This document shows positions 37,371 through 47,163 of a DNA stretch of 64,000 nt, piece by piece. The notes beneath the pieces were generated by a model. It searched no databases and was not told the origin of the DNA. It saw nothing but the letters and a program-made list of their open reading frames with translations. A program made the position numbers and the translations under genes. This DNA is from an uncultured Chthonomonadales bacterium (lineage in GTDB: Bacteria; Armatimonadota; Chthonomonadetes; Chthonomonadales; CAJBBX01): the NCBI GenBank assembly GCA_938005745.1, contig CALLMM010000006.1:35241-99240 (forward strand), in the 5' to 3' direction. The stretch's first letter is position 1. Each line of letters begins with the position of its first letter.

Positions 37371-38587
37371 CTCCTTCTCCACTGAAGCTGGATACCCGCT
37401 CGCATGTTTCTGAAACCGATGACACGCCAGCGGGAAGTTTCCAACTTCACGACCCACCCGTTTTGCGTCCTGGTCACCGATGCCTCCGTGAGTGCAATCA
37501 ACGGTTCCGAAGTGTCCCTCTCACTCGTAACGAGATAGGTTCCTCTGGGAAGATAGACATGCGTAGCGCCTGTTTCTGGCAGCGTGATCGTAAAATGTTC
37601 AGCATGATCCAGCGCGCGTTCGAGCGCGGTCAGGAACTCGTCACCGCGTGCGCCTCGCGCCGGGGTTCGTTTCAGATAGATCAGCATCTCGTAGAGGATC
37701 GGACTTCCGTAAGTCTGATCGGCAAAGAGAAGCAGCCCGGTGAAGGCGTCCATGGAGGCTTTGCGGCTGCCCGCCAGCAGCGCGCGATCCGGTCCGGAAT
37801 CGCGAACCTGCCCTATCAGCGGATAGACCTGTTTTTCGCAGTAGTCGTTCAGTTCAGCGAGCGAAACGAAGGGAACCTGCGAGGCTTCCAGTCTTTTCGC
37901 CTCCAGATCATCCCGGATCCACCGCAGGAACAGGCGTTCGCCCAGAAGCCCGTTTCCCCAGTTCTCCGGCTCCATATAGCCCGACGCACCCGGCAGCAGA
38001 TAGTGTCCGTACTCGTGCGCCAGTGTCCGCGCCCACTCCAGGCCCGTCCGCTCGCTGAGAAGGCTGTAGAAGTAGAGGTTATTGCGAAAATGCTCACCGC
38101 CTCCCTCGCCGCGACGTGTGAGCCAGAGGTTTACCACTCCAGAGCGCAGGTTCTGACAGAGCGTCTTATAGCGTGCGTTGGCGGCGCTCCAGAGCAGAGC
38201 GCAGAACTGACCCGCACGCCGGGCATAGGGGAGCGTTTCTCGATCCGGAGAATAGATCGCGAAACGGCGAAAATAGACGCCGTTCTCCAGAATATAGACG
38301 TAGCATACGGCGCGGTATATCTCCGCGTCGCGCGGGTCGCGATAGAGCCTGTCAGCCGCGCTCGACTCCGGGATGACAAGGAGCGCTTCGGAATAGTTCT
38401 GAAAAGGGATCGTTTCGGCGGCAAGCGCAGTGACCTCCTTCGGCGTTAACCGGTCTGGCAGGCTGTCGGTTGACGCGAAGCCGACGGCGCATCTCAGCAG
38501 GAGATACGTTATACTGATACAGAGGTGCAGGCGGTGTATCATCCTATAACCCGTTCTAGAGAGGAGACGGAACGCTGTCCAACTCAA
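37367..38587 (-). CDS. hypothetical exported protein with an HExxH motif (putative zinc metallopeptidase)
   Basis: LAHEYGHYLLPG is the only recognisable motif. A signal-like N-terminus appears if translation starts at the alternative ATG at 38542. Confidence 0.5.
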   Translation of the reverse strand: MSWTAFRLLSRTGYRMIHRLHLCISITYLLLRCAVGFASTDSLPDRLTPKEVTALAAETIPFQNYSEALLVIPESSAADRLYRDPRDAEIYRAVCYVYILENGVYFRRFAIYSPDRETLPYARRAGQFCALLWSAANARYKTLCQNLRSGVVNLWLTRRGEGGGEHFRNNLYFYSLLSERTGLEWARTLAHEYGHYLLPGASGYMEPENWGNGLLGERLFLRWIRDDLEAKRLEASQVPFVSLAELNDYCEKQVYPLIGQVRDSGPDRALLAGSRKASMDAFTGLLLFADQTYGSPILYEMLIYLKRTPARGARGDEFLTALERALDHAEHFTITLPETGATHVYLPRGTYLVTSERDTSEPLIALTEASVTRTQNGWVVKLETSRWRVIGFRNMRAGIQLQWRRR

Positions 38588-38604
38588 CGTTTCTTGCGGT
38601 CGCA

Positions 38605-39573
38605 GTGCAGTATCGCGCCTCCGTCATGGACTATGCCTCCCCGGAAACCTTTGCCCGCGCCATGCGTGAACGCATGGAGTCTGCCAGAAGCCGATTCCTA
38701 CCCGATCTGCCAACGCTGGTGGTCTTTCCCGAAGACATCGGGCTGGGTCTGGCTTTCACCGCCGACTTCGAACATGTACGCAGATGCAGGAGGATCGCGC
38801 GTGCAGGCGTCATTCTGGCAGCACGGCATCTGATGGCGGTCACGAAATGGAGAGTTCGCGGGGCGATCTCTCTCAACGCCTCCCTGTTGAAGACGCTCAG
38901 CGACCGTCATGTCGAAAGGGTCTATCGTGAAACGTTCCGCCGGCTCGCGCAGGAGTACAGCGTCTATCTCTGCGCGGGCAGCGCGCCCATCGCATTCGAT
39001 CCCGCGCAGGCAGCGGTCTATAACCTCTCCTACCTGTTCGCTCCGGACGGTTCTTTGATCCTGTCTCAGCCCAAGACCCGCCTCCTAGAACAGGAGGGGC
39101 AGCGCGGGCTGGGACTGACGGCTGCCAGAGAGAGCGATCTGCAGGTAGCCAGACTTCCCTTCTGTCATCTGGGCATCGCGATCTGCTACGACGCCTTTTT
39201 TCCCTCCGTGATCGCGCGGCTTAAAACGCTGGGAGCGGATGTTCTGGCGCAGCCCTCCTTCAATCCGGAAGCCTGGACCCCGAAACAGGAGCGGGACTGG
39301 AAAAACGGTCTTTGGAGCGCAGTGCAGTCCACGCCGGGTTTTCGGGCAGGCATCAATCCGATGATGGTCGGCGGACTCTTCGATATTCAGGCGGAGGGAG
39401 TCTCCTCCATCGTCGCGCCAGCATCCTGTACTCCGGATGGTTCCGGATTTCTGAGCCGCGCCCGTTCTGTGGATCAGGACGAGATCATTCACGCGGTCAT
39501 CCCTCCGTCTCCTCCTCCCTGCCCAGCGCCGCCGGAGGCGTCGGGCGCAGAACAAGCGCCGCCAGGATCGTAA
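38605..39573 (+). CDS. carbon-nitrogen hydrolase (nitrilase superfamily) protein
   Basis: VVFPEDIG supplies the Glu and IAICYDAFFP supplies the catalytic Cys. The start is uncertain (GTG at 38605). The 3' tail overlaps the convergent permease gene by 77 nt. Confidence 0.7.
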   Translation: MQYRASVMDYASPETFARAMRERMESARSRFLPDLPTLVVFPEDIGLGLAFTADFEHVRRCRRIARAGVILAARHLMAVTKWRVRGAISLNASLLKTLSDRHVERVYRETFRRLAQEYSVYLCAGSAPIAFDPAQAAVYNLSYLFAPDGSLILSQPKTRLLEQEGQRGLGLTAARESDLQVARLPFCHLGIAICYDAFFPSVIARLKTLGADVLAQPSFNPEAWTPKQERDWKNGLWSAVQSTPGFRAGINPMMVGGLFDIQAEGVSSIVAPASCTPDGSGFLSRARSVDQDEIIHAVIPPSPPPCPAPPEASGAEQAPPGS

Positions 39574-40375
39574 ATACATACGGAACCATCAGCAGAAACT
39601 GGCTCGGGATATTCACCACGCCCTGCAGTTGAAGCTGAAGCGCATCAAAGAAGCCGAAGATGAGCGCGGCAAGCGCCGCTCCGAGCGGGGTCCATCGCCC
39701 GCAGACCACAGCCGCCAGCGCGATGAAACCTCTTCCGCTGACCATGTCATCGCTGAATCTCCCGACCTGTGACAGCGCGAGGTAGGCTCCCGCCAGCCCG
39801 CCTAGCATCCCGGAGATCAGGAGTCCGGCAGTCCTCAGCCGGATAGGCGTCAACCCCGCCATCCGGACGCTCTCCGCGCTCTCACCCACCGCCCGCAGTC
39901 TCAACCCGAACGCCGTCTTATACAGAACGAAGTGCGCCAGGAAGGGCAGCGAGAGGGTGAGAGCGATGAAATACCCCACCGGAATGGTCGTCGGAACGCT
40001 GGCATCGCGAATCGGCTCCGCCATCACATAGAGCTTACGAAGCAGATAGGTGGTGCCGTTCAACGCCAGAAGATTGATCGCCACGCCGCTGATGATATGG
40101 TCCATCTTCAGCCTCTGCGTCATAAATAGATGCAGCGACCCTGTCAGCGCGCCGGAGAGTATCGCCGCCAGCGCTCCTGCCAGAACGCCTGCGGACTGCC
40201 CAACCCAGATTCCGACAAAACCCCCGATCAGCATCATCCCTTCCAGCGCGATATTCACCACGCCGACACGCTCGGAGAAGATGCCACCCAGCCCCGCCAG
40301 CACAAGCGGGGTCGTCTGACGGAGCGTCAGCAGGATCAGGGGAACGACGATCGCAGAAATGCCTTCGCTCTCCAT
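39497..40375 (-). CDS. ABC transporter permease (BMP/nucleoside-sugar type, YufQ-like)
   Basis: It is a polytopic membrane protein in the family typical of BMP-type uptake systems, and is tightly linked to the next permease. Confidence 0.8.
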   Translation of the reverse strand: MESEGISAIVVPLILLTLRQTTPLVLAGLGGIFSERVGVVNIALEGMMLIGGFVGIWVGQSAGVLAGALAAILSGALTGSLHLFMTQRLKMDHIISGVAINLLALNGTTYLLRKLYVMAEPIRDASVPTTIPVGYFIALTLSLPFLAHFVLYKTAFGLRLRAVGESAESVRMAGLTPIRLRTAGLLISGMLGGLAGAYLALSQVGRFSDDMVSGRGFIALAAVVCGRWTPLGAALAALIFGFFDALQLQLQGVVNIPSQFLLMVPYVFTILAALVLRPTPPAALGREEETEG

Positions 40376-40376
40376 C

Positions 40377-41441
40377 TCAGGCTCTCCGCTTCAGATAACG
40401 CGCGCCAAACAGCAGAATGACAATCGCCTGAATCACTCCGGCGATCTGCAGCGGCGTTCCGGTCTCGATCTGCATCTGTTCCGCACCGGTATTCAGCCCC
40501 CCAAAGAGAACCGCGGACAGCACAATACCCGGCGCATTCAGTCCGCCAAGCAGCGCTACAGCAATGCTGTCGAACCCGACGCCGGAGGAGAACTGATCAT
40601 AGAATCGATGGTACAGACCCAGTATCTCAATTGCGCCACCGATACCCGCGAGCGCGCCGGACAGGCACATCGTGATGATGAGCGTTCGCGCTACAGGAAT
40701 GCCCGCGGACCGGGCTGCCTCCGCTCCCTGACCGACCGCGCGGATGCAGAAACCGAGCGACATGCGGCGCATCAGAAAGGCGTAGCCCGCCGCCAGAAGG
40801 ATGGCAATGAAAAAACCGATTGAGAACACGCTGCTCTTCTCTATCACCCAGAGCTGCGCGGAGGGCTGGATGAAGGGCGTGGCGGTATTGAGCGTGTTGG
40901 GATCTTTCAGAGGATGATTGACCAGATACTGCGTCAGACGGATCGCAACGTAGTTCATCATGATCGTGATGATGACTTCATGCGCGCCCCGCCATGCCTT
41001 GAGCAGTCCCGGAATGTAGCCCCACACCCCCCCGGCGACCGCGCCTGCCAGCATGGCGAGCGGTATGTGCAGGAGCGCGGGGATCCCTTTGAACGCATAG
41101 CCGACCCAGGCGGCAGCCAGCGCTCCGACGAGAAGCTGACCCTCTGCGCCGATATTGAAAAGACCGGCGCGAAGCCCCACCGCCACCGCCAGCCCGCACA
41201 ACAGCAGCGGCGTCGCTCTGTTCAGCGTGCGAAAGATCTCTATGGGAGGTTCATAGTGACGATAGACGATCAGAGAGTAGCCAAAAGCGTACAGGTTGCC
41301 GAACGCCCCTTTAAACAACGCGCTGAAGACCGTGATCGGGCTGCCACCGGTCGCCAGTATGATGAGGGCGGCGAGCATAAAGGCAAGCGTGAGAGACCCC
41401 AGCGTGAAGCGCAGTGACCGCATCCGTTCGCCCCGTGCCAT
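40377..41441 (-). CDS. ABC transporter permease (YufP-like)
   Basis: It is a polytopic membrane protein. One nucleotide separates it from the downstream permease, and its start abuts the ATPase stop. Confidence 0.8.
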   Translation of the reverse strand: MARGERMRSLRFTLGSLTLAFMLAALIILATGGSPITVFSALFKGAFGNLYAFGYSLIVYRHYEPPIEIFRTLNRATPLLLCGLAVAVGLRAGLFNIGAEGQLLVGALAAAWVGYAFKGIPALLHIPLAMLAGAVAGGVWGYIPGLLKAWRGAHEVIITIMMNYVAIRLTQYLVNHPLKDPNTLNTATPFIQPSAQLWVIEKSSVFSIGFFIAILLAAGYAFLMRRMSLGFCIRAVGQGAEAARSAGIPVARTLIITMCLSGALAGIGGAIEILGLYHRFYDQFSSGVGFDSIAVALLGGLNAPGIVLSAVLFGGLNTGAEQMQIETGTPLQIAGVIQAIVILLFGARYLKRRA

Positions 41442-43133
41442 CTATCCGTTCACCATGAGGCGACCCACCTCTTCCATCGTCGCCTGCGCGCGCGGGAGCA
41501 CGCCGGCAAGTCTGCCGTTATACATGACCGCGATGCGATCCGAGAGGGCGAAGATCTCATCCAGGTCGAGCGAGAAGAGCAGAATGGAGACGCCCTTTGT
41601 CCGTGCATCCCGAAAGGTGTCATAGACATACTCCGTCGCGCCGACATCCAGCCCTCGCGTCGGCTGCATGGCAATTACCAGACGCGGATGCCCCTCCATC
41701 GCGCGCGCGATTACCACCTTCTGCTGATTTCCACCGGAGAGCGTTCCTGCGACCGTATCACCCCCTCCAGCGCGAATACGATACTCCTGCACGACCCGAT
41801 CTCCCAACTGCGCCAGGCGTTTTAGGTCTAAAATCCATCCTCCGCCAAATCGGCGATCCCGCTGTCTTCCGAGCAACAGGTTCTCCGCAATGGTAAAGTC
41901 GAGGATCAAACCCTCCCTGTGCCGATCCTCCGGGATATAGGAGATGCCCATCTGCAGTCGTCTCTCCACCGAAAGACCATTGAGAACCGCGCCGTCCAGA
42001 AGAACCTGCCCTCTTTCGATAGGACTGAGACCGACGACTGCCTCCGCAAGCTGCTTCTGCCCGCTCCCATCCACGCCCGCGATCCCCACAATCTCACCGG
42101 CGGAGACCTGCAGATGAAAATCCTGCACTGCCGGAGAGCGTCTCCGATTGAGAACGAGAAGCTCCCTGATCTCCAGCAGGGGGACGGCAGCAGAGGCAGA
42201 CGGGAGAGCGGCGGATGTCTCCGGCGCGAATTCGGACTGCGGCGGTCTTCCCAGCATCTCGGACTGAGGACCGCGCTCCCAGGGCAGAGGGTGAACAGGC
42301 GAAGGCGGGGTCTCCGGAGGTTCCGTCTCCCGGTAGATTCCGGCATACGGCGCGGAGGCTGCCGCCTCTTCAGACAACGGCACGCTCGGTCCGGCGGTCC
42401 GCTGTCCCAGCATCAACGCGAGAAGCTCCTCCGGATAGGTTTCGCGAGTAATTCTCTCTCCGACGGCGCGCCCTCCGCGCAGAACGGTAACGGCATCGGT
42501 ATGCTGCATCACCTCGCGCAGCTTGTGCGTGATGAAGAGGATGGTGGTCCCTGAAGACTTCAGGGAGGCTAACAGCCGAAAGAGAGCATCGGCTTCCTGA
42601 GGAGCAAGGGTTGCGGTCGGCTCATCGAGGATCAGCATCTTTGCGCCGCGATAGAGCGCTTTCATGATCTCCGCTTTCTGCATCGCCGCCACAGAGAGGG
42701 TCTCTGTCCGTGCATGGAGCGGTAACTCCACGCCAAGCTGCTTTGCCAGCGTCTCGATCCTCCTGGCAGCACCGGCGCGGTTCAAGATGCCGAAGGCAGC
42801 GTACTCGTTCCCCAGAATGATATTATCCAGCACGGAGAGTGCGGGGATCAGGGTGGTGTGCTGGGATACCATGCCCAGCCCCAGTGAGATGGCTTGCGCC
42901 GGACTCTCGATCCTCACATCCTCTCCGCGCAAACGTATGCGTCCGCGATCCGGCTGGTATCGCCCGTAGAGGATATGCATCAACGTGGATTTCCCCGCGC
43001 CGTTCTCCCCGATAACCGCATGAACTGTCCCCTCCCAGACGGTCAAGGAGATATCGTCATTGGCGACCACGCCGTTGGGGAAGGTCTTGGTGATGTTCGC
43101 CATCTGAATGATCGGGATGGGAGAGGGTGTCAT
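41442..43133 (-). CDS. ABC transporter ATP-binding protein with duplicated NBDs and a Pro-rich inter-domain insert
   Basis: It has a Walker A motif (GENGAGKST), a second-NBD degenerate Walker A site (GVDGSGQ), and signature motifs LSVAAMQK and LSGGNQQK. A roughly 70-aa low-complexity linker (PPETPPSPVHPLPWERGPQSE...) separates the domains. Confidence 0.9.
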   Translation of the reverse strand: MTPSPIPIIQMANITKTFPNGVVANDDISLTVWEGTVHAVIGENGAGKSTLMHILYGRYQPDRGRIRLRGEDVRIESPAQAISLGLGMVSQHTTLIPALSVLDNIILGNEYAAFGILNRAGAARRIETLAKQLGVELPLHARTETLSVAAMQKAEIMKALYRGAKMLILDEPTATLAPQEADALFRLLASLKSSGTTILFITHKLREVMQHTDAVTVLRGGRAVGERITRETYPEELLALMLGQRTAGPSVPLSEEAAASAPYAGIYRETEPPETPPSPVHPLPWERGPQSEMLGRPPQSEFAPETSAALPSASAAVPLLEIRELLVLNRRRSPAVQDFHLQVSAGEIVGIAGVDGSGQKQLAEAVVGLSPIERGQVLLDGAVLNGLSVERRLQMGISYIPEDRHREGLILDFTIAENLLLGRQRDRRFGGGWILDLKRLAQLGDRVVQEYRIRAGGGDTVAGTLSGGNQQKVVIARAMEGHPRLVIAMQPTRGLDVGATEYVYDTFRDARTKGVSILLFSLDLDEIFALSDRIAVMYNGRLAGVLPRAQATMEEVGRLMVNG

Positions 43134-43191
43134 AGCCGGGCATCTTCAAGCTGTGCAGGAAGCATCGAACAGCGCAGGACGACAGATCGGG

Positions 43192-43232
43192 TTCAGAAAA
43201 CAGAAAACGCCCGCCGTTTCCAGGCGGACGTT
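43192..43232 (-). terminator. intrinsic terminator downstream of tRNA-Cys
   Basis: On the minus strand AACGTCCGCC-N7-GGCGGGCGTT is followed by TTCTGTTTTCTG. Confidence 0.55.
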
Positions 43233-43236
43233 GGAA

Positions 43237-43309
43237 AGGCGCCGAGCGGAATCGAACCGCTGAATAAAGGTTTTGCAGACCTCTCCCTTAGCCACTTGGG
43301 TACGGCGCC
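43237..43309 (-). tRNA. tRNA-Cys (anticodon GCA)
   Basis: The reverse complement is 73 nt. Acceptor stem is GGCGCCG/CGGCGCC. The anticodon loop is CTGCAAA. T arm is AGCGG-TTCGATT-CCGCT. Confidence 0.85.
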
Positions 43310-43352
43310 TCAGCACACCGATATTTTAGCATAGCCGTTGCAGAGAGTCAAG

Positions 43353-43391
43353 TTAATACGATCTTAACAACCGGTTAACAGGGCTTTAACA
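43353..43391 (+). repeat. four TTAAY(A) hexamers phased at exactly 11 bp
   Basis: TTAATA begins at 43353 and TTAACA begins at 43364, 43375 and 43386. All lie upstream of the prepilin-like gene. Confidence 0.6.
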
Positions 43392-43481
43392 TGATAGTGA
43401 TACCCTAGAAATAAGTTTCCATCTCCGCAGGAAATCTGCTGTACGACCTCGTACCGTACCATCACGGAAAGGAGAACCTCC

Positions 43482-44213
43482 ATGACACATGACCGGCGAG
43501 GATTTACTCTGGTAGAGCTTCTCGTTGTTATCGCGATTATCGCAATTCTTGCCGCCATCCTCTTCCCAGTCTTCGCGCAGGCGCGTGCGAAGGCGCGTCA
43601 GACGACCTGTTTATCGAACATGCGTCAGCTGGGGATGGCGCTGCAGATGTATATTGACGACAACGGAGAGCGATGCTTCTTCTTCGGACACAACTCACAG
43701 TTGAGCCGCGTGGACCCCGTGCGTCCGTTGGGAGCGACCCGCGAAAACCGATGGTGGAACCAGATTCTGCCCTACACCCGGATGAAGGGAGACCTGCTGG
43801 TATGCCCGGACGACAGCGGCAGGCTTCCCCATGCGACAGAAAACGGATTGAATGGCAACCCGCTGGTTCCCCGCTCCTATGTCGCCAACCGCATGGCGGA
43901 GAGCCTGCCCTTGGCTGCGGTGGATATTCCGGCGGAGATCGTTGTCGTGACGGAGAAGGGCGACAAATTTGACGATTCCTGGTACGAGCCGCCGAAAAAT
44001 CTCTACAACAAAGCCGGCTACAACGAGCCGGTTCTTGCCATGCGCAGACACTCCGAAGGCGTGAACAATATGTTCTTCGATGGTCATGCAAAGTGGTTCA
44101 GCCGGGGCACGCTGCTCAAGGATCCGTGCGGCGAACCCTACTCCGGCGTCTCACTCATGCGACAGTTTCCCATTCCCGGCGCCGCTCCCTGGCATCCGAA
44201 CTGTCCTCAATAG
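43482..44213 (+). CDS. prepilin-type N-terminal cleavage/methylation domain protein with a DUF1559 domain
   Basis: The N-terminus reads [50 protein letters not shown]. The C-terminus carries the H-X9-DG-like motif [17 protein letters not shown]. Confidence 0.85.
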   Translation: MTHDRRGFTLVELLVVIAIIAILAAILFPVFAQARAKARQTTCLSNMRQLGMALQMYIDDNGERCFFFGHNSQLSRVDPVRPLGATRENRWWNQILPYTRMKGDLLVCPDDSGRLPHATENGLNGNPLVPRSYVANRMAESLPLAAVDIPAEIVVVTEKGDKFDDSWYEPPKNLYNKAGYNEPVLAMRRHSEGVNNMFFDGHAKWFSRGTLLKDPCGEPYSGVSLMRQFPIPGAAPWHPNCPQ

Positions 44214-44263
44214 CCCCGGATCAGAATCTCCACAGTACTTCAGGCGAACGCCGCTGTCCGGCA

Positions 44264-45670
44264 TCAGACTTTGATGGTCTTCCATCTTCCCTGTCGGAAG
44301 AGGATCCAGGTCAGAATGCCGCTGAGAATAGTGGTCGCCGCCATGGCTATCCAGGCTCCCGATGCGCCCATGTCCAGGCGTATCGCCAGAAACCAGGCGA
44401 CCGGGAGCCGGAATATCCAGAAGCTGAAGGCGGTGATGACGGACGGCTTCTTCGTCTCTCCTGCGCCCTGCAGCGCGCCGGTCAGGACCATCCCCAGACC
44501 CAGAAACGGCTCCGAGATCGCCATGATGCGCAGGTAGCTGACCGCCAGCGGCAGAACCGTCTCATCACGGGTGAAGATCCGCGCAAAAGGCTCCGCCGCC
44601 AAAAAGAAGATCGCCCCCATCAGTGACATGATGATGACCGCCTGGATCGTTGACGCCCAGCCGTAACGCTCTGCACGATCAGGGTTTCTCGCCCCGAGCG
44701 CCTGTCCGACCAGCGCGGAGGCTGCAACGCTGAACCCGAAGCCCGGCATGAACGCAATCGATTCGGCGGTCAAACCTATCGGCAGCGCCGCCACCGCGCT
44801 GGTTCCCTGTGTTGTCTGCGCCAGTATCCGTGTGAATGCCATCATGGAGGTGACCCGCAGCAGCGCGGTGAACGCCGAAGGCACTCCTATCCTCAGGATA
44901 CGGCGTATCCATTCCAGCGACAGCTTCAGGTATTTTATCTGCAGAGATTCGCGCAGAGGCGTCCGCAAAAGCAGGTAGATGGACACCCCCAGACTAACAT
45001 AGTTGGAGACGGCAAGCGCCATCCCGCCGCCCGCAACTCCCAGTCGAGGCGCGCCCCAGTTTCCTAGCATGAACATCCACGATCCGAGGATATGCACGCC
45101 ATTCGCCCACAGCATCACCTTGAGCGGCGATCTGGTATCCCCCATCCCACGAAACGCGGAGTTCACGACCTGGCTGAGGAACATCGGAACGATGCCGAAA
45201 AGCGAGGGGTGCAGAAAACTCAGACACTGTCGCTGCGCGGAGTCGGCGATTTTCAACAGATGCAGGATCGGTTCCAGCGTGAGGTAGATGACAAGCGTGC
45301 AGATAACGCCGGTTATCAGGCTTAATCCCAGAGACTGTCCGGTCGCCTGAACGGAGTTCTCTTCCTCTTCCGCGCCGGTGAACCGCGCGACCAGCGCCGT
45401 CGTTCCCACCGTGATCGCCATCGCCAGGGAGACCAGAACAAACAGTATCTGACCGCCCACTCCCACCGCCGCCAGCGCGTCCACCGAGTTCAATCGCCCC
45501 ACGAAGGCGCGGTCCAGAATGCTGTTTGCGGTCATCAGAAAGAAGGTGACGACGGAGGGCCAGGCGATGCGCCAGACTTCCAGATGGATCGTTCGCAGAC
45601 TATCCGGAGAGGTTGCCCGGGAGGAGAGTGACGGCTCGCTCGCAGTGGGTCGTTCCTGCTGAATATCCAT
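44264..45670 (-). CDS. MATE family efflux transporter
   Basis: It is a 12-TM protein of 468 aa with a typical MATE N-terminal region (WRIAWPSVVTFFLMTANSILDRAFVG). Confidence 0.85.
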   Translation of the reverse strand: MDIQQERPTASEPSLSSRATSPDSLRTIHLEVWRIAWPSVVTFFLMTANSILDRAFVGRLNSVDALAAVGVGGQILFVLVSLAMAITVGTTALVARFTGAEEEENSVQATGQSLGLSLITGVICTLVIYLTLEPILHLLKIADSAQRQCLSFLHPSLFGIVPMFLSQVVNSAFRGMGDTRSPLKVMLWANGVHILGSWMFMLGNWGAPRLGVAGGGMALAVSNYVSLGVSIYLLLRTPLRESLQIKYLKLSLEWIRRILRIGVPSAFTALLRVTSMMAFTRILAQTTQGTSAVAALPIGLTAESIAFMPGFGFSVAASALVGQALGARNPDRAERYGWASTIQAVIIMSLMGAIFFLAAEPFARIFTRDETVLPLAVSYLRIMAISEPFLGLGMVLTGALQGAGETKKPSVITAFSFWIFRLPVAWFLAIRLDMGASGAWIAMAATTILSGILTWILFRQGRWKTIKV

Positions 45671-45705
45671 AATCTCTCTATTGTACCAGAATACGGTATG
45701 CCCGC

Positions 45706-47085
45706 GTGACCGATAAAGGAGCCTCTATGACGAAAAGCCCGGAATCGACCACTGCGCCGGTCTCCTCCGGCGGCATCCTCGCTGCATGGCATCGGATCCC
45801 TCTCTATGTCCGCATCGTGATTGCGATGCTGTTGGGGATAATCATCGGGAAGATGATCGGTCTGCTGCCGCAGGAGCAGGTCCGGGAGATTGCAAAATAC
45901 TTTCTGGACTTCGCAAAGATCATCCTCGATCTGCTGAAGATGGTGGCGGTTCCCCTCATCTTCACCGCTGTCATCCATGCAATCATGAATGCCCAGATCC
46001 CGAAAGGAACGGGGAAACGTATCGTCTTTCTCCTGCTGACGAACACACTGGTCGCCATCTTCATCGGTCTGCTTGTTGGCAACCTCCTGCAGCCGGGCAG
46101 CTGGGTTCCGATGAACCTGACGGTCAACTCCACGCTGACCGGAGAGTTCAAACCCTGGGAGGAACTGAAGAGCAAAATCCCCACCAGTCTGGTGGGATCA
46201 CTGGCGGACAACCTTGTCATCCCGACCATCCTGATAGCCCTCGCTCTTGGCATCGCCCTGCGCCGCGTTCAGGCTGAGCAAGAGCTTGCGGGCAAGAAGG
46301 GCTATGCCTCGTTGAGCGAAATGCTGGAGACGCTCTATCAGGTGCTTCTGGTGGTTCTGCACTGGATCATAGACATCATTCCGTTTGCCGTCTTCGCCAT
46401 CGTGGTGAAGGTGGTTGCGCTGGAGGGGCTGAGACCGTTCCTCTCCCTGATCGGGTTTGTCGTCTCGGTGCTGATCGCACTCTCGCTGCAGGTTACCTAC
46501 TACCTGGTGCGGGTCAAGCTGCAGTCCTGGGTGGGAATCGGACGGTTTCTGCGAGGCGGTTCGGAGGCGCTGCTCACCGCCTTCTGTACCGCCAGTTCCA
46601 CCGCCACCGCCCCCCTCAACTACACCTGCCTGCGTGAAAAGATCGGGTTGCGTGAGAGTTCCGCGACGATGGGCGCGCTGGTAGGCAGCAACTTCAATAA
46701 TGACGGCACCGCCCTCTACGAAGCGATGGGTCCGATGTACATCGCGCAGGCGCTGAACAACCCGATCCCGCTCATCAAGCAGCCGGTGGTCGCCTTCATG
46801 TCGGTAGTCGCCTCTGTCGGCGCGCCCGGCATTCCCGAAGCCGGTCTGGTAACGATGATGCTGGTCTTTCAGGCGGTCGGCTTGCCTACCGAATATGTCG
46901 CCCTGCTGCTTCCGGTGGACTGGTTTCTGGATCGCTGCCGGACGATGGTCAACCTGATGGGAGACATGACCGTCGCCTGCATTCTGGACGGCAAGACGCC
47001 GGAGTGGGAGGAGAGGGATTCGGTCGCTGCGGCGGTGCAGGAGCCGGCATGGAACCCTTCTGCGAGCATCTCGGAGAAGGAGTGA
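45706..47085 (+). CDS. dicarboxylate/amino acid:cation symporter (DAACS family)
   Basis: Family sequences are SSTATAPL, GAPGIPEAGLVTMMLVF and DRCRTMVNLMGD. Confidence 0.85.
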   Translation: MTDKGASMTKSPESTTAPVSSGGILAAWHRIPLYVRIVIAMLLGIIIGKMIGLLPQEQVREIAKYFLDFAKIILDLLKMVAVPLIFTAVIHAIMNAQIPKGTGKRIVFLLLTNTLVAIFIGLLVGNLLQPGSWVPMNLTVNSTLTGEFKPWEELKSKIPTSLVGSLADNLVIPTILIALALGIALRRVQAEQELAGKKGYASLSEMLETLYQVLLVVLHWIIDIIPFAVFAIVVKVVALEGLRPFLSLIGFVVSVLIALSLQVTYYLVRVKLQSWVGIGRFLRGGSEALLTAFCTASSTATAPLNYTCLREKIGLRESSATMGALVGSNFNNDGTALYEAMGPMYIAQALNNPIPLIKQPVVAFMSVVASVGAPGIPEAGLVTMMLVFQAVGLPTEYVALLLPVDWFLDRCRTMVNLMGDMTVACILDGKTPEWEERDSVAAAVQEPAWNPSASISEKE

Positions 47086-47163
47086 GGATAGCCCAACCCG
47101 AATTGAGCCGTTAAGAGAGGGCGTTGAACTTACAGCGTCCTACCAATCGGAGGAGGTATTTCG

